From positions 434,001 to 498,000 of the forward strand of contig JAQGDQ010000127.1 of assembly GCA_030141605.1 (NCBI GenBank): DNA of 64,000 nt. The letters are read 5' to 3'. Within the stretch, counting starts at the first letter, position 1. Each line of letters opens with the position of its first letter. The notes below the pieces were generated by a model, which saw only the letters and a list, made by a program, of their open reading frames with translations, was not told the DNA's origin and did not search any database. The DNA comes from Tubiluchus corallicola. Taxonomy: Eukaryota > Animalia > Priapulida. This document shows, piece after piece, positions 39,201 through 54,200 of the stretch. The position numbers were made by a program, and so were the translations under genes.

Positions 39201-42200
39201 TTTCTAAATTAATGTATCGGGTCTTACATATCTTTTAATATATGTTACTATACAATGCACCAACAATGGCGGTTGCGACATCACAGGCCCTCTCTCCATG
39301 TACGGTATCAGGAACAAATTGACATAAATATGAGTGCACTGAATTAATAGAATGACATACTTACATATGAATGCAGGTAAAAATGACACAGGAAAAATGG
39401 CACCGTAAAATGGCACAGGAAAAATGGCACAAATGGAAAAGTAAGTGAAAACGGCATTGGAAAAATTGCACAAATGGAAAAACAGGTAAAAATGGCACAG
39501 GAAAAAATGGCACAGGGTAAAATGGCACAGGAAAAAATGGCACACTTATTAAAATATGAGTTTAGGGTTAGGATTAGCGGGTGGGATAATTATTTTAGTT
39601 ATTTTTACCTAAGCCAGAGAAGTTATGCTTCAACACAGTTTGTTTGTTTGTTTGTTATGTCTTTTATGGCAGTAAGCCTATTACGCAACACCCACCTAAT
39701 AGATGTCAATGAAACTTTGTGGAGAAGGCGGGTACCGGGTGCCATAATGGGAATCGTTTCCCAAAACTTGATCGAACACCACGTAGATAAAAAATGCGTG
39801 AAACACTTTTGTTGGTCTATATAACACCAACACAGGCACATTTCTGTATGTTTGCTTGTTTATGTTTGTGTTAATTTTTTTAATCAAAAGAATCAAATAA
39901 ATAAGTTTAAGATTGTTCGGCTTATGCACAGATCTACTTCATAGTGAGCGCATTCCAGTTTTATTATAGAATACGTAATGCACGTAGTATGTCTGCTGTA
40001 GGTTATTCGTTATTACGAAAATCATTTGTGTGTAATTATATTCGAAGCGCGGTATTATGCATCTATTCATTTTTTTGCGAACGTTAAAGCTGCCCCTCAA
40101 AAGAAAACTGTTGCCGACCGACAGACGGAGAAGTACCTATTTAACATAACAGTGTAGCATCCGGATTTAATTCTTATATCGTCACCGCTGCCGCCACAAA
40201 AACTCAATGGGAAGAGAAGTAAACAAGCAATCCAGCGAATACCATTGTGCAAACTGAAGTTTACGCCCACCCCGTCTCTGAACTTCTAGCCTACCCCTAA
40301 AAAAACCAGGTGTCTGTATGGCTATACAGTGTGTACATACAAACTCAAGGCAGAATAATATTTGATATAAATACTGTAACAATGTGAAAGACAGTAAAAG
40401 AACATTTGCGCGACGCTAGTGAATGTTTGGGCAAAATGTTACCAAGGATAAGTAAGCGCGTGCATTAATTGTGCTTGAGAAAATTAAGTAGATAACAAAC
40501 TTGATTAAAGCAAAAACTACACACTACACATTCCAGTAGCGTTGGCGCTTAATCATAGTAATAAATAAATTAATGCAAAAACATTTCGCTCAGTGTACAT
40601 GCACGGATGCACGTAGCTGATGTTACAAACTTATGAAATACTTGCTAACTTAATTGCATTCCAAAGTCACATTACTTATTACTATTTCGAAGCTAAAAGA
40701 AGCTTTCTCTCGCATACAGAGCAAAAACTCCGATATGTACAAAATAAATTACAAACAGAACATGTAAGATTGAAAAAAAATGCAGAAAATCAGTTTCTGG
40801 ATACAATTATTATTTGAGCGTGCAAATTATATGGAATCAACTGCTCATAAATAAACATGCCCTCAGTATTTTGAGACCAACAGGTCACAGTTGTTTAGCG
40901 TAAGCTCTTGCGCGTTCTATAACTACTAATTTGTCAACAATTCTACCAGAAAAACTAATGGTCTTAGACCAGAAATACGAGATACAAATATCAGAACGAA
41001 AACTAATTGGTCGATGATGAAAAGGCGGCATTGTGCATTACAGTTAATGATGATGACACCAGGGAAGTCCGCAAGTAGTGGCGCACCGACAGAGAAAGTT
41101 ACAGATTGTTCTGTATTCTGCCGACGCAGACATTCTTTTTTAATACCACATAGATAATCTTTGCGGACATGGGGCTACTTTTAATTAGAAGTAACAACAC
41201 TGTTTGCTTATCGCGCACCCTAGTGACCCTCATAATAACTATGAAACAAACGTGTACAATAGCTTGTACATAACCAACTGCAGATTTATGATTACAGTAA
41301 ATCAAACTAAAATATTAAGTTAACATTTCACTTTTATTTCTTTTAAATGTATCAAAGTAGGTTTAAAACTACACACTGTTTGCACGAACAGTGTTAACAT
41401 GGGTTCTACACTATGCTTGGCCAATCTTGAAACATTTACTTGAATCTAATGTTTCAGGCAATAACACTTCTTTGTCAAGGTGCAAAAATCAAAATACAAA
41501 TACTGTAATTAATTTACATTTTTAGGTTCTAATAGATTTTTATTAAGCTGTAACATTATTCTGAAGAAGATCGCATATCTAATTCAATAGAAAAAATTAA
41601 TGAAATAGTTATTTTCCTTTCTTAATCTACTCACAGATATTTATCTATTTAAAATTTTTAACTACAAAATCTGTTGCCAATTTGTTTTCATTTTATCTTC
41701 AATGAGCGATATCTTCATGTTATCTTTTATCCAACAGGGATGGCCATGGACAGTGGTGTTGGGTCAAAGTGTTTTCCATAAAACAAAAAATTGGACAATT
41801 TCATGAAATTTCTGATTATCGATGACACTGCCATTGTGTGGAAAGAAAAAGTTTTTCAATTCAGGATGGTTGAATTTTCTCATCTGCTTTTATAATAAAA
41901 TGGAAACTGATTAAAAAAGTCAGTCACCCAAAGTTTGCTAAACCTAGTGTAACTAGTATGATATTTGTAATTCAATTTTTCATATAACGTCACCTCCCAG
42001 TCAAAATATATTGGAACTAAAACATTCAAATGGCTACGACATTTCTATTTCAATTTTACATGCAGTTTTAAAAAAAGAAGTATCCCAAAACGTTAGTATC
42101 AAATGTTTTAAACAAAACAAAATGGCTTACAGTTGGACCATTTATCTTGACAGCTGAAAGTTTAAAAAACAACACACCAAGACCAAGGCAGGTGAAATAC

Positions 42201-45200
42201 AATCGAGCTGGAGACCCACCTTCTAGAATTTAAAGGTTAGGCATTGACAGACAAACAAATGACAATTTTCAGACATTGTAGTGAGTGACGAATTATGCTT
42301 TATGATGAATCACGTTCTCAATTTTTACAATCTAAAAATTAGCTTATCTCACTGCAGATCAAGTTAAAATCGTCTAAAAAAATTCTTAACTTCGGAAATA
42401 AGACATTGTATTGTTATACCTCCAACTCCTTCCAAGCTTGCGCAGGTTCAAAACTTTCACTACCACCCACCTCATCCATTGAGCAATAGTAAAGTCATGA
42501 TGAATTTGGCATAGAAAACCAGAACATATTCACAACACTGCATGCTTATAGCAACAAAGTTCTTTTTAACGAAGAATAGTCTCAAGCACGCGTACATTCA
42601 CATAAGTACAACTGAACAATGTACCCCTGCTTACATAATATTAGTCTTTTACAGACGACAACTAGTTTATTATTTTTATTCTGCATGGGAAATCACATGA
42701 AACTGTGCTTACGTATGAACGAGTTTAAGGATAAAACGTGTGCTACAAAAAACGACGTCAAATGATAAGAGCACAAACATTATAAAGTCCATAATTGGAA
42801 AATGTCACGAAATGTGTGCAAGAGAAAATCAACACTGATCATAATACTAGCAGATATGTCACAAAACCGCTCGAGCAACGGAAAACACTCCTACAATAAA
42901 CTTAAGCTGTTGATGTGAATTAAAACAAAGAAAAAATCCGACTGTGAAAAAAATACAAAAGCGATGGTCGTGACATGTGCTCCCTCAGCAATAAGCTAGA
43001 GCCGAAATCTCTGTTTGACCTCACGTTACACAGCATATGCACACAACTGAAGCAGCGTTTAGTACATAAACTTAGGCGATGATTACAGAATGCTAGAGTG
43101 AGCACACACGTTCACAATGTATGAGAATTGAATGCAAGAACTGAAACTGCGCCAACTCGCAGCAGGAAAAGGAGTGCATTGAGAATGAAAATAAGCAAGA
43201 AAGGATTTAGAAAAGACCACCTGCGTAATCAGGCAATGTAATGGTGGTGCAAAATTTCACAAAGTGCTCCCAACTAAGGTTAACAGTGATGAAAGACCTG
43301 ATGTCACCTGCCCGACCGCACATATTGATTTAGGCAAATGCAGGACACGTAGTCTATCCACACATTCATTCAAAGAATATTTGAATAACCCATGCATGCT
43401 TTTTCGTACAGTGAACATGATTATCAGCATGGACGGTTTTTCAGTTTTGGCTCATCTTATGATTTCTTGGTGATATTTTTTAGTCATTCCCATTAGATGC
43501 AATAAGTCAGTCTTGCTTCAGCCCTGCACATTAAGCTCAATTCTTTGAACTAGCAGTTTTGCATGAGATAAGACAATCCTTGGACTATAATTTTGCAAAG
43601 ATTAGTAATTCCGTATTGGCTTTGAGGTTTTTTCCTTCACGTTCATTTTTAAAGCAGACTTTAAAAGTAAAGTTAAAAACAAATATAATTTCTTTGGAAT
43701 ATTACTCAGCTATCACTCAAACAGTTATAGAAGAGCACTAATCTCTATGATACAAAGACATCTAGCAAGTATCTGAAAATATTTGGATGTTTCATGGCCA
43801 CTTACTGTCTACAATCATGATGGCAAAAGGTAAATCACAATTCTATGCTACTTGAGGTGGTTTGTGTAATCCAATAGCTCTTTAACCTAAATTCAACGGG
43901 AGTTAAACTGCGGGAAGTGAACAATTTCTAGAGTTTTTTTTGCTCGGATCGGCTTTCTTTCATGCAGCACCATGTAAACAGTGAACTGTCTTTTAAGCAA
44001 AAAGATTAGCCTGTGTCTAGCAGATCGAGGAAACGAAACTGGGAAAGAAAGAAGCATTGTGCTGAAGAAACAAACTCAGCATCCAAATTCTCTCATAGGT
44101 GGCGAAGTCCATCCAGGCAGAACTAAAATCATAAAACAATTTTAGGCGGAACAAATTGACACCATAATATAAGCTGAACTAATTGCTCAAAACTGTGCTG
44201 GCCATTCCAAAATTATGGATAGCACATTAGATGAATTCAAAGTTCACTTCCATAACAATGTCCAAATTTACTATGTCATTTGTACTTTTCTTTTAATTTG
44301 CTATTGGCTCAAAAGCATCTGTTAAAAAATCCACAGATATTCAAAGTTATATAGGACAATAAACTAGAAAATTTCAAAAATGCTATCCAAAAAGAAACCA
44401 ATCCTACTTCGTGTACCAATTTTGGTTCACAACTGTGAGCAGTTCATAGTCACAAAACAGTGAAAATGACCCATTATATTGGCTGAATGAGAGTCAGGGA
44501 GTGTCCACCTTAAAACTGTTAGGCAAACAAAAGCAAGAAAAAAGAAAACATGAGATTCTATGGATGCCAGTTTCTTGCAAAATGATTTAAAAATACTTTT
44601 CTTTGCTTGACTAAGCCCAGTTGAAAACTTGAGTTATCAAAATAATCAGAAACTAAGTTTTGAATGAAAATACCTTGAAGACATCAGATTTCTTTATTGC
44701 AAATGACTTGAAAGAAAGTGCCACAAGCTATACAGCATGACGCCAACCTTTTAGCCATACATTTAAACCGGCATACATTGCTGATACATTTTTATCTGAC
44801 CTTTGAATTCTAAGTCATTTTGTAAAAAAGAAAATACAGCTTCCATGCAACAAAGAAAACATAATGCTACCCAAGTGAGCACAGATTGCTAAGGCGAAGC
44901 TCCCGCAGATACATGACAGTTAGAAATGTTGAATTAGCATAGCTACAGTGAAAGGACAATTACTCCCTAACTTCATGAATCTATTTACCACATTTGGACA
45001 AATGAATGTTTAATAAAATCTAACTATGGTATACGTTGGAGTCTTGGAAATAAAAAAAGGCATTAGCCTTATATGTGGATGACTGGATGTTGCTAATAGG
45101 AGTATAAATCCATTGCTTTCATTAGACAACAATTACGAACTTCTAAAAAAGCAATTAATGATAAATTACACAATTAATAAAAAGGAAAAAACAATGCATC

Positions 45201-48200
45201 AAACCAGGTGATGAACTGTGGCACTTTTCATGAAATGTACCTATTATTTACATTAAGAATTAAATTTATGAAACACATTTTCTCAAATATTATTATTATA
45301 AATCTACTACAATCCATTAAATTTTACATCTCGATTTCATGATGGCCATATTTTTTCATTGCTTTCAATTTCAGACCCAGTCGAGGAATCAACGTTAAAA
45401 GCATATATGCTCCCCCGAAAATAATTATTTATAAGCTTGACTTATGTTTTGTATTATAATCATATTTGTGTGCTGCCATTATCAGGAAATAGCTAACCCC
45501 ACAATACCTGTTAAATTAGTCACTTACGCCCACAGAAAGTGAGCAATTTTGTAAAGTGGGGGTATTTAACTAGTAATAAGAAGTCAAAACCCACTCTTGC
45601 AAAGCTTCTGTCCGACCCGTTTTCACCTTTTGTTCTCTTTGCTGTAATGGTTTTATGATTCAGTATATGGTTTATTTACATCCGGAAAAAGCAGTACATT
45701 TCCCTCAATAAAAACATATAATCCAGCATTTCTATCAAATTATTATGTCATAAAAATCAAGGAATTTTTTATTTGTCTGTCACTATGCTTTTCACAAAAA
45801 GAGCTGTGCCACTATTTCAATTTTAACAACTGTCCTGACAACATATAACTGGATGCCCAGAATTAAATTAAAGTTATATATACTGATATGGTGAGTTCTG
45901 CTTTATGGCTCCTTAATGTGCTAAAACTTTCCAACTCCTGAATTTTCCACGAAAGAATAGTGAAAACTTTCTAAAACTCAAAAATGTAATGTTAAACAAA
46001 TATTGTGTTCTAAATATTTATTTTCTGACTCTACCGAATTTCTATGCCTTCCAAACAGATACTAGTTTCTTACTCTTGTTATCATTGAGATTGGCAGCTT
46101 GAAAAGGACTGAAAGCAATGTGCTGCTTTTCAATAGTCTCCAAATGAAAATTTAATGTAATAAATTCCAGACGACATATAATCAAAAATAGCTTGGCTAG
46201 TATTAGTAGGCTTGACAAAAAATAAGAAATTACCATTGCAAATTTATGTAGGCCAGTAAACTGTTTGCTTTAAAAAAACAAATCTACATTAAACATAAAC
46301 GAAATAAAGCTCAAGAGATAGTACATTGGTAAGTTTTGTTCTCTGCAAAAACTGCTTTACAAAATCGTGTTTTTTGTAAAGCTCACAATATTGCTAGTTT
46401 TGCTTTTAAGAAGCCATTTTTGATATTATCAATTTGACGGTTTTACACATTCTGCAAACATGAAAAACAACACAGTACAATGGTGCTAAATACCAATATC
46501 ATATTTACCTCAATCTAAAATGTTGCAAGTGCCAAGAAATTGGGGTCTTGAAAATGAGACTTACTGAGAATAAGAGAAACAGATTCCTCTAAGCTTAAGG
46601 GCAAACTCAACACCTCTACATTTTTACTTGTCAAGTTTCATTAGTGTACACATTAACTAAAAAATTATTACCTTGAATCCATGTTCTTGTAATGATGCAT
46701 GTATATTTGTATGTTGCTCCTTTTCTAGCACCAGCAACTGATAAATTTCAGCAGATAAATTTGCCTGAAAGTAAACAGTTAATTACAGTATACTACATAT
46801 TTTATTAACGGAAACTTTAATCTTAACTAGAATGATTTGCATGTGTCTATATGCAATATTCTCATTCACTGCCACCTCTGTGGTTCGTGCTACAAAATAG
46901 AACTTACCAATGGTGTTTCTAATAGCAATTTGCAGCATTACATCACAGATACTGAGGCTCATCTGGTACAACAACATGCAAACATCAGTTGTTTAAGAAA
47001 AAAACATCAGCAAATAGTATTTGGGCACAGGTCATTGCTGCTATGCAGTAAATGTTAAGGTTAACAGGCAACGTGTAAGATTAAGTACATGAGTTTGCCC
47101 TTTTTCAACTGAACTTTGTTTACAAGATTAGAAAAGACAAAAGCATTTGTTTTGATACCATGCAAAGTCAAACTGTAAATAAAACACATGAGTGGACATT
47201 GGACAATGGTCAGAATACATAATTCTAGCTTGAACTTGGCCACACGAATAAACAAACAACCGAATTAAATAGAACAAATAAAAAGAACATCTAGAAGGCC
47301 CCAATTTGTAAAATCCAGATAAGTTGAGATTGCCTAAAAATACTAAATCCTATTAAAAGATATATATTAAAAAGTCTTAAAAAGCAACACGTGGGTGCAG
47401 ACCTATGTTTTAACAGAACACCCCAAATTCAGGAGCTGAATCGTTCTTCTAATTTGTACAGAATTTTTTAAAATTGTATTTATGTGCAGTTGACACTTGT
47501 TTGTTAACTGTATATTTCGAATTCATAGTTTTTTTTATAACATATTAAAATGCAAAAAAAGGATTGCACTGAGGATCTCTTTGAGGCAAGTTAAGGATAG
47601 TTGACACACTGGCTCACCCCAGACATTTCCTTCTCTCTAAGAAGTTTAGTAATAGTGGATTCATTCCATGGTTAACAGCATTAATAACCGTGCAATTACA
47701 GTTATAAACAGTTAGCTTCTGTACCTACGGTTTTTTAATTAGCTAGTTATATAACAATGAGTCCCACCTTTTCAATGCGAACACCAATGTAATAAGCGAT
47801 TTTAATAATAAGTTTCCTAATGATATAATTATTGCAGTGTTAAAGGATAAGAAAAGGGGAACCTGAAGTAGGTTTCAGAAAAATCGCCTTACAAAATTGT
47901 ATTACTTCATAACAAATTTATGCATATATCGTATTCGCGTTGAAAAGATTTTTTGTTTGTTTTAATTTTAAATTTCCCGCGACACTGTTCTGAAGGCGCC
48001 ATTACATGACGTCACCTATGCACAACGTAAATCAGGGGAAGAAAAGGCAATGTTAAACTATGTCCCAAAAAACTTTCCATGCAAAATTATATTACTTAGC
48101 ATTTCGCTTACCAGCTTGAAAGATCTTACGTAACGTGAAAAGAAAATTTTTAATTATTTAAAATGCTTTCACCAATAATTGGTAAAATGTCGTTAACTCA

Positions 48201-51200
48201 CCCCTCCAGGGTGCACCACTCACTAACCAAAAACGCATTCTTAATCTTATTGACAAGATACAGTAATTTTAAATTAATTTTATTAGCGATGTATGTGTTG
48301 CGAATGCTCTGATTATTTTTTCAAACTTTACACAATATTATCTAAACTTTTTTCAACTGGCTTGTGATCGAAATGGCTGCGTCTAACCGTCATCGCGGGA
48401 GTTTAAATTTTCATGTTTTATACAGCGTTATTGCCAACGGAAGTCTAATAAGCAAAAACGCAGCATGGAAGTGGTATAAAATTTCAAGACGAATTTTTTA
48501 AGCTTTATGTAAGTTCAGGGTTTTCTTGTGCTTTAACATAAGATGAATGTAACTTGTAAAATATAATCATAAACAAGTCGGCCAATTATTTGTGAATCCA
48601 ACCACGTGACACTGCTGTACAAGACATGAAGAAAAGAACACAAGTCTTAGAGGTACTTCGAAAACTATAGTCTGAGCATATCACAGTATGGATCATTAGT
48701 CAGCTTCTACAAGAATACAGTTAAAATGTCACATGTGGATATAGAAAAAGTTCTCCCACAAAATCAATGTCATTGAGAAGAAACCGAAAATCAGACCTGC
48801 CGTGAACTTTAAAACAAAACAAATTAGATAAATCAAACAGTGGGCGACGTCAACTGAATGTTCTAGAACGAGTATAACAAATAAGTATTTCAAGAAAAAT
48901 TAACAAACATGAGAGTCAGCTTAAAACGGGAAAATGATAATGATAGCAAAATAAAATAATTTCCGACAAACAAGGCAACCTTTTATAATTATGCTTCCAG
49001 TTTTTTGTTAACATATATTCCATCAAAAACAGTTTGATATTTTATTTCATATCATGATTTTATTCTGTTGAAAAACTACTCGGGAGGTGGTCATGTGCTT
49101 CAGGAAGACTACTGTTGGCGCCATGGTAGTACTCTGTTTTAAGATCTCGCGTGTAAACAATTTTTATCAGATTAAATCTTCGTATTTTATTTCGAGAGCC
49201 TCGCAATTTGAGCTGTAAAGTCAAATTACGCACAGACTGCATAACAAAGTAATGTCGGGCATTTATTTAGGCCATCAGGGATGTTTCTAGATAAACAGTG
49301 GACGTTTTAAACTCAGCGCTCTGATTATTTCAACGATTTATATACTTTGTGACGCAAAGAATAGAAAAACTTTTGCAATGTCAGCATACAAGTCCTTACC
49401 ATCAACCTCTAAATACAAATTGTTAAGCAGTTACAACTTCTGTAAACCTAACTAATGAGTTATTTTACAAACCAGTATACTGTTGTAAGCTTGTAACCGT
49501 TTAATTTCGGCTCACACGCACAAACTGACTTTAATTGTTTTGTCAAATAATGAAAGCATTGGTGTTTGAAAAACGAAGCCTTGTACTGAGAGAAAACTGG
49601 AACAGTTTGCAAGTCTTTAAACTGACACAACTCGAATTGCTGCAATGTTAGCTATTATAACGCATTTTGGAAGAAATTCATGGTTAAAATAATCGCTCTC
49701 GTAGTAGACACTGAATATTTTTATTGCAAATGGAGTTAATTCCCATTCTAAGCGTAAAAAAATAAAATTAATCAAATGTCTTAAAACACTGGATGAAACT
49801 GTTGTAGTTCAACAAAATGAAAATAACCAGCCAATGTTTCAATTTAAATGAAAATGGCTGACACAACTTTTTCCAAATAAAACAGTCTGATACTGCATAA
49901 AGAAGGCAGTGCTCAACGGAATTCAAGTACAAGCCCCAAAGACAGAAAAGAATCAGTTTGACATTACTACGACGTTTAGGTTTATTAAGCTTGGCACAAG
50001 TGATAGGAATAACTTTTTCGAAAGATGATGGTTCCTTGGCTTTGAGAATTAAAATGAAAAGCTGATGTTTAATGAAAATATTTTCAAGTGTTTTTAAAAT
50101 TCAGATTACAGTTTCTTGTTTTGAACAGATGTATAGCTATCACAAACGCAAATATTGTGGTTATTCATATGTACATCAACACTTAATGCTATTAAATTTT
50201 GCTTTATTTCATTCAGTATATTAAACCTCACTTTTTTTCTCAGGACTTAATGATTCAGTGAATCACAGCGTGTTTATTTATAAGCTTCTATTAAATGAGC
50301 ATTTTAATGTCTGACATCTAATAATATACTACTTAATATCAAAATAATAACAGGCAATTATCGATACATATATAACAAAGAGGAAAATACATCAAAAATA
50401 ACATTGAAAATGAAGAAATCCTTTCTCACGTATACGCAAAAAGTGCAAGTTAAATGCATCATTTTCGTAAGCCTTAAGCGTCAAATTTAATACTGACAAG
50501 TGGTACAGTCTCACGGCCAAAAACTTCAATTCCAATTGTGCCTGGGTTTCAGACTAAACAAATAGAAAGGATTGTCAGATAACCATGTGAATTTAAAGAC
50601 TGCTCCTATCCCAAAACATGCTTGAGATGCTAATCAGAAGATTAAATTAGGAATCAGCCCTGGTAACTCTTCAAATTTTGACTGATGTGGTGCAGAAAAG
50701 ATTTATAACTGTCATCATGCGGTCTGCACTTGAAATTTTCACATCAGTAATGCAAAACAATAGTTACAATACATAAGAGTTTTTAAGACGAACAATTCTT
50801 GTGTTGTACGACAGTGGCTCAAAATGTCTGCCCAAAAAAGTTAGGTGTTATAGACCCTCTAAACATACTTTACTACAAAACACACCAAGTACTTATATAA
50901 TACAACTATTTAGGGGCATTTCGGCTTTGTAAGTTCTATTGCTAGGCATGTGGGTTGCAACATCTCTTTATCAATTCTTGTTTTTAGCACTAAGTTTAAA
51001 AAATTGAATCCACAATTTAAACAATTTAAAATTAATTAAAGATTGAGAATATATCTTGGGTCACAGTTAGCAAATTGTTGTAGTGCTTACATGTACACAT
51101 TTCCCTACAAGTAACTGACTATCAGTTTTCTCCCATTCACATTACTAAAAATTTTAGGTAAGCTACAGAATTTGAGAGTGATGTCGTCCAGCTTTTAGCT

Positions 51201-54200
51201 GTCTCTCATAACTCTTTTTGCATTTACTTCCTAAAACTCATCAAATTTTAAACAGATCACCTTGCAGGTGCTTGCTGTTGCACCACAAAAAGTAGTTTTC
51301 TGGTGCTTTTTAATGGTAATAACAAAACCTTTTCAGTTAGAAAGTATTGTGGTAGTCCTAAAACAACAATGCCATCTATAGACTCGTACGTGTATCTCAC
51401 GTCGAAACTATCAAAATATCATAATGGAATTCCAGATTAAATAAATGTATTCTATACAAAGCATTCCTAGGGGGAAGAGAGGGTACTAAAGCACATCATT
51501 CAAATTCACAAAGCCGAATGGTAGCTAATGCACGCAAACTTTAATGCACCCGAACTGTGACTAGATCTGGAAAATACACAAAGCTACACTAATATAACGA
51601 GATGGAATATTCATAATACTTGTACTTCAAGTATAATATTAAAACGGATTACAACAACAATAAGTGGCAACGATTCATAACCTATAAAACGAATATTACC
51701 TGTAGCAAGCATAAGGCGACAGCAAGTAGTTGAGCAGTAGAGTCAGAGATACCTTCTCTACCATCCAATATAATGGTGAACCCTTTGCTAACCAAGTCCT
51801 CCCTAGAAAAAATAAAGAAAAGAAAAATACAAACACAACAATTCTAGAAAGAGTAAATATTTCACAATAGGTTAACACTTGTTTTACAATACAACTAGTG
51901 AGTTTAGCAAGGATTGTTCATTGGCCATTGAAGCTTGGCCATTGAAGTCATAAAAACTGTACAAAAGTAAGTTTGTACTGTGTCAAGTCTTCTGTGAGAA
52001 ACAAACAGAATTTTGGACTAAATGAAGATACTGATGCCTAAAGTTTGTGGTCAGGACTGGTCCTTAACAAGCTAATAAAATCTATAATTGAAACCTGCAG
52101 ACGAAATAGTGATACTGTACACAGTGTACATGCATCTGTGAACAAGAGCACACCTACGGGAGCAGCATTCTTCTATTACTTTCTTCAATTAGGCATGCAA
52201 ACCATAACGATTAAAATACTGTAAATTAAAAGTAGAACTATAACATGCAAAAAGGCTGTATACTCAAAAGCTACACAGAATATAGTAGTGACACATTAAA
52301 AAATATGTATCAAGCCCTATTTTCAAAAATGTTCTGCATTTTTTGCAAATTTTTACTTTTTCACTCGATAATAAATAGTTGCAGTAAAAGGTAAATATAC
52401 CTAGGAACAGTAGTAAAGTAAAGCAAAAGTCTAGCAAAATCTGTCACCGAACAATTGGAAGGCAGCCGTTTAGGATCTATCACAATAACTGGATGATTGC
52501 TTTTATCTCTGTGGCCTAGAATAAAGAGGAGGAAATAAACACTGTAATCATTATTTAGGGTAAATATCTTGAACAATATCATTATGATACATATTAGAAT
52601 CCACAAAACATGAAAGAAGTACCAACTATTAAGTTACTGTAATTCACAATCATTGAATCTCTATTGCCCTACTGATCTCAGCCACTTCATTACAAAAACA
52701 ATTGGTTCTCTAAAAGTATGCATCTTTTATTTTTCAGTTATTTTTATTTATTCAATATGCAGTTCCATTCTGAAAACATGCGAAAGTGCAATGGCTACAT
52801 TAATACTGGTTCAAAAATAAACAAACAAAACTTTGTTAACACAGAAGCTACGGTGGTGTAGGGATATCATAAAGCTCCGCCAGAACAGGAGCATCGAAAC
52901 CGAATCGTAGCTTTGATTCAATTTGATTCCCTGAAGTTCTGTATGCTTTATATCCGACCCGATTCCATAAAATTTAAAAAAAAATGGTTCAGCTTCGACT
53001 ACAGAGGCAGTTTGGTAGCATTTAATTACGGAAGCAATTACACAGTCTTTTACCTTTAAATTCTTTGCCCAATTACTTAATTTGCTACCATTTTGAAAAT
53101 TTTGTCTTTTTTGAATAGGTAAATGTCACTACATTCAGTTTCAGTATGTGTCACCTCGTGTCCAACGTATGCGAAAGCATGCAGCACATTACGATTTTAA
53201 CTGTAAGTTTCAATAAAAATTCTAAGATTATTGTACATTACTTGGATTAGATGAAAGTGGTTTTTTGTTACCCAGATGTTTTACACCAAGTACAGGTAAT
53301 CGGATAAGATTATGTTCAAAAAATACCTAATTGAATTCCATTTTCGGTTTCGAAATTTATTTTAAAGATTCAGATTTGACTCTGGATACGTAAATTATTT
53401 TAAACTGAGATTCGGGTTTGAGTCGGATTTGAATGTGGTTACAAAATATGGTAATTTCAGATTCGTGACACAGTGATGCAGAAGGATCTAAGGATTTTAA
53501 GGAACCTGACAAATTATAAAGACAAGAAGTATTCACAAAAAACTAAAAGTTAGTTTTCACTGAAAAGTTAGCTTTCACCGTTTAGTCCAGAAGAAGCTGT
53601 ATAACCAAAATAACATCACAGTTTTGATTTACCTGTTATTTTTGCAGCACCGGCTCGCAGAATCTCAAGATTACACTGCCTGATTTCAGTAGGAAACTGA
53701 ATTAACTTGCTGCCACAACTCTGAGAATTCTTTTCTGCTACACCTGCGAAACATGATAAAAACAAGTTAGGAACAATCATGACTTTAATGAAGCAGCGAT
53801 CATTCTACAACAGTAACTTGTCCGAGTTTTGAGGCTCTTGTTGAACCTATTTGCACACAGGTTTGTGGCGCCCTCTATGAAGTGCAAACTGTACACATCT
53901 ACTTTTGTGATAGCATAAATGGTCATGTAAATAATACTTGCGCACATTATTTCGGGATAAGCAAAGTATTTAGATTAAGCACTCAAGTAGAAAGGACTAC
54001 TACTGCTCCTAAACATAAAGACGACATTACATAAGTGCGACAAGAAGATAATCTTGGCTAAAATAAACCAAGGAGAAAACTTGCCAATAATAAACCTAAA
54101 TGCTACAGGGTCTATAACAGATACCCATATGTGATTGCACAATTTAGTCAATTAAGGGAAACCCTGCAGAACGCAATGTAAGCAATGTGGTTTGGGTTTT

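Noticed and set aside
43460-44320. Possible ancient LINE 3' region on + (HEIRQSLDY, FKSKVK)
   Set aside because: Too degenerate; no diagnostic motif readable.
44673-44727. Possible 54-nt minus-strand exon LVALSFKSFAIKKSDVFK with ag/gt ends
   Set aside because: Weak pyrimidine tract, and the flanking exons (46764-46672 and 33576-33460) already join into a continuous Sec14-like sequence.
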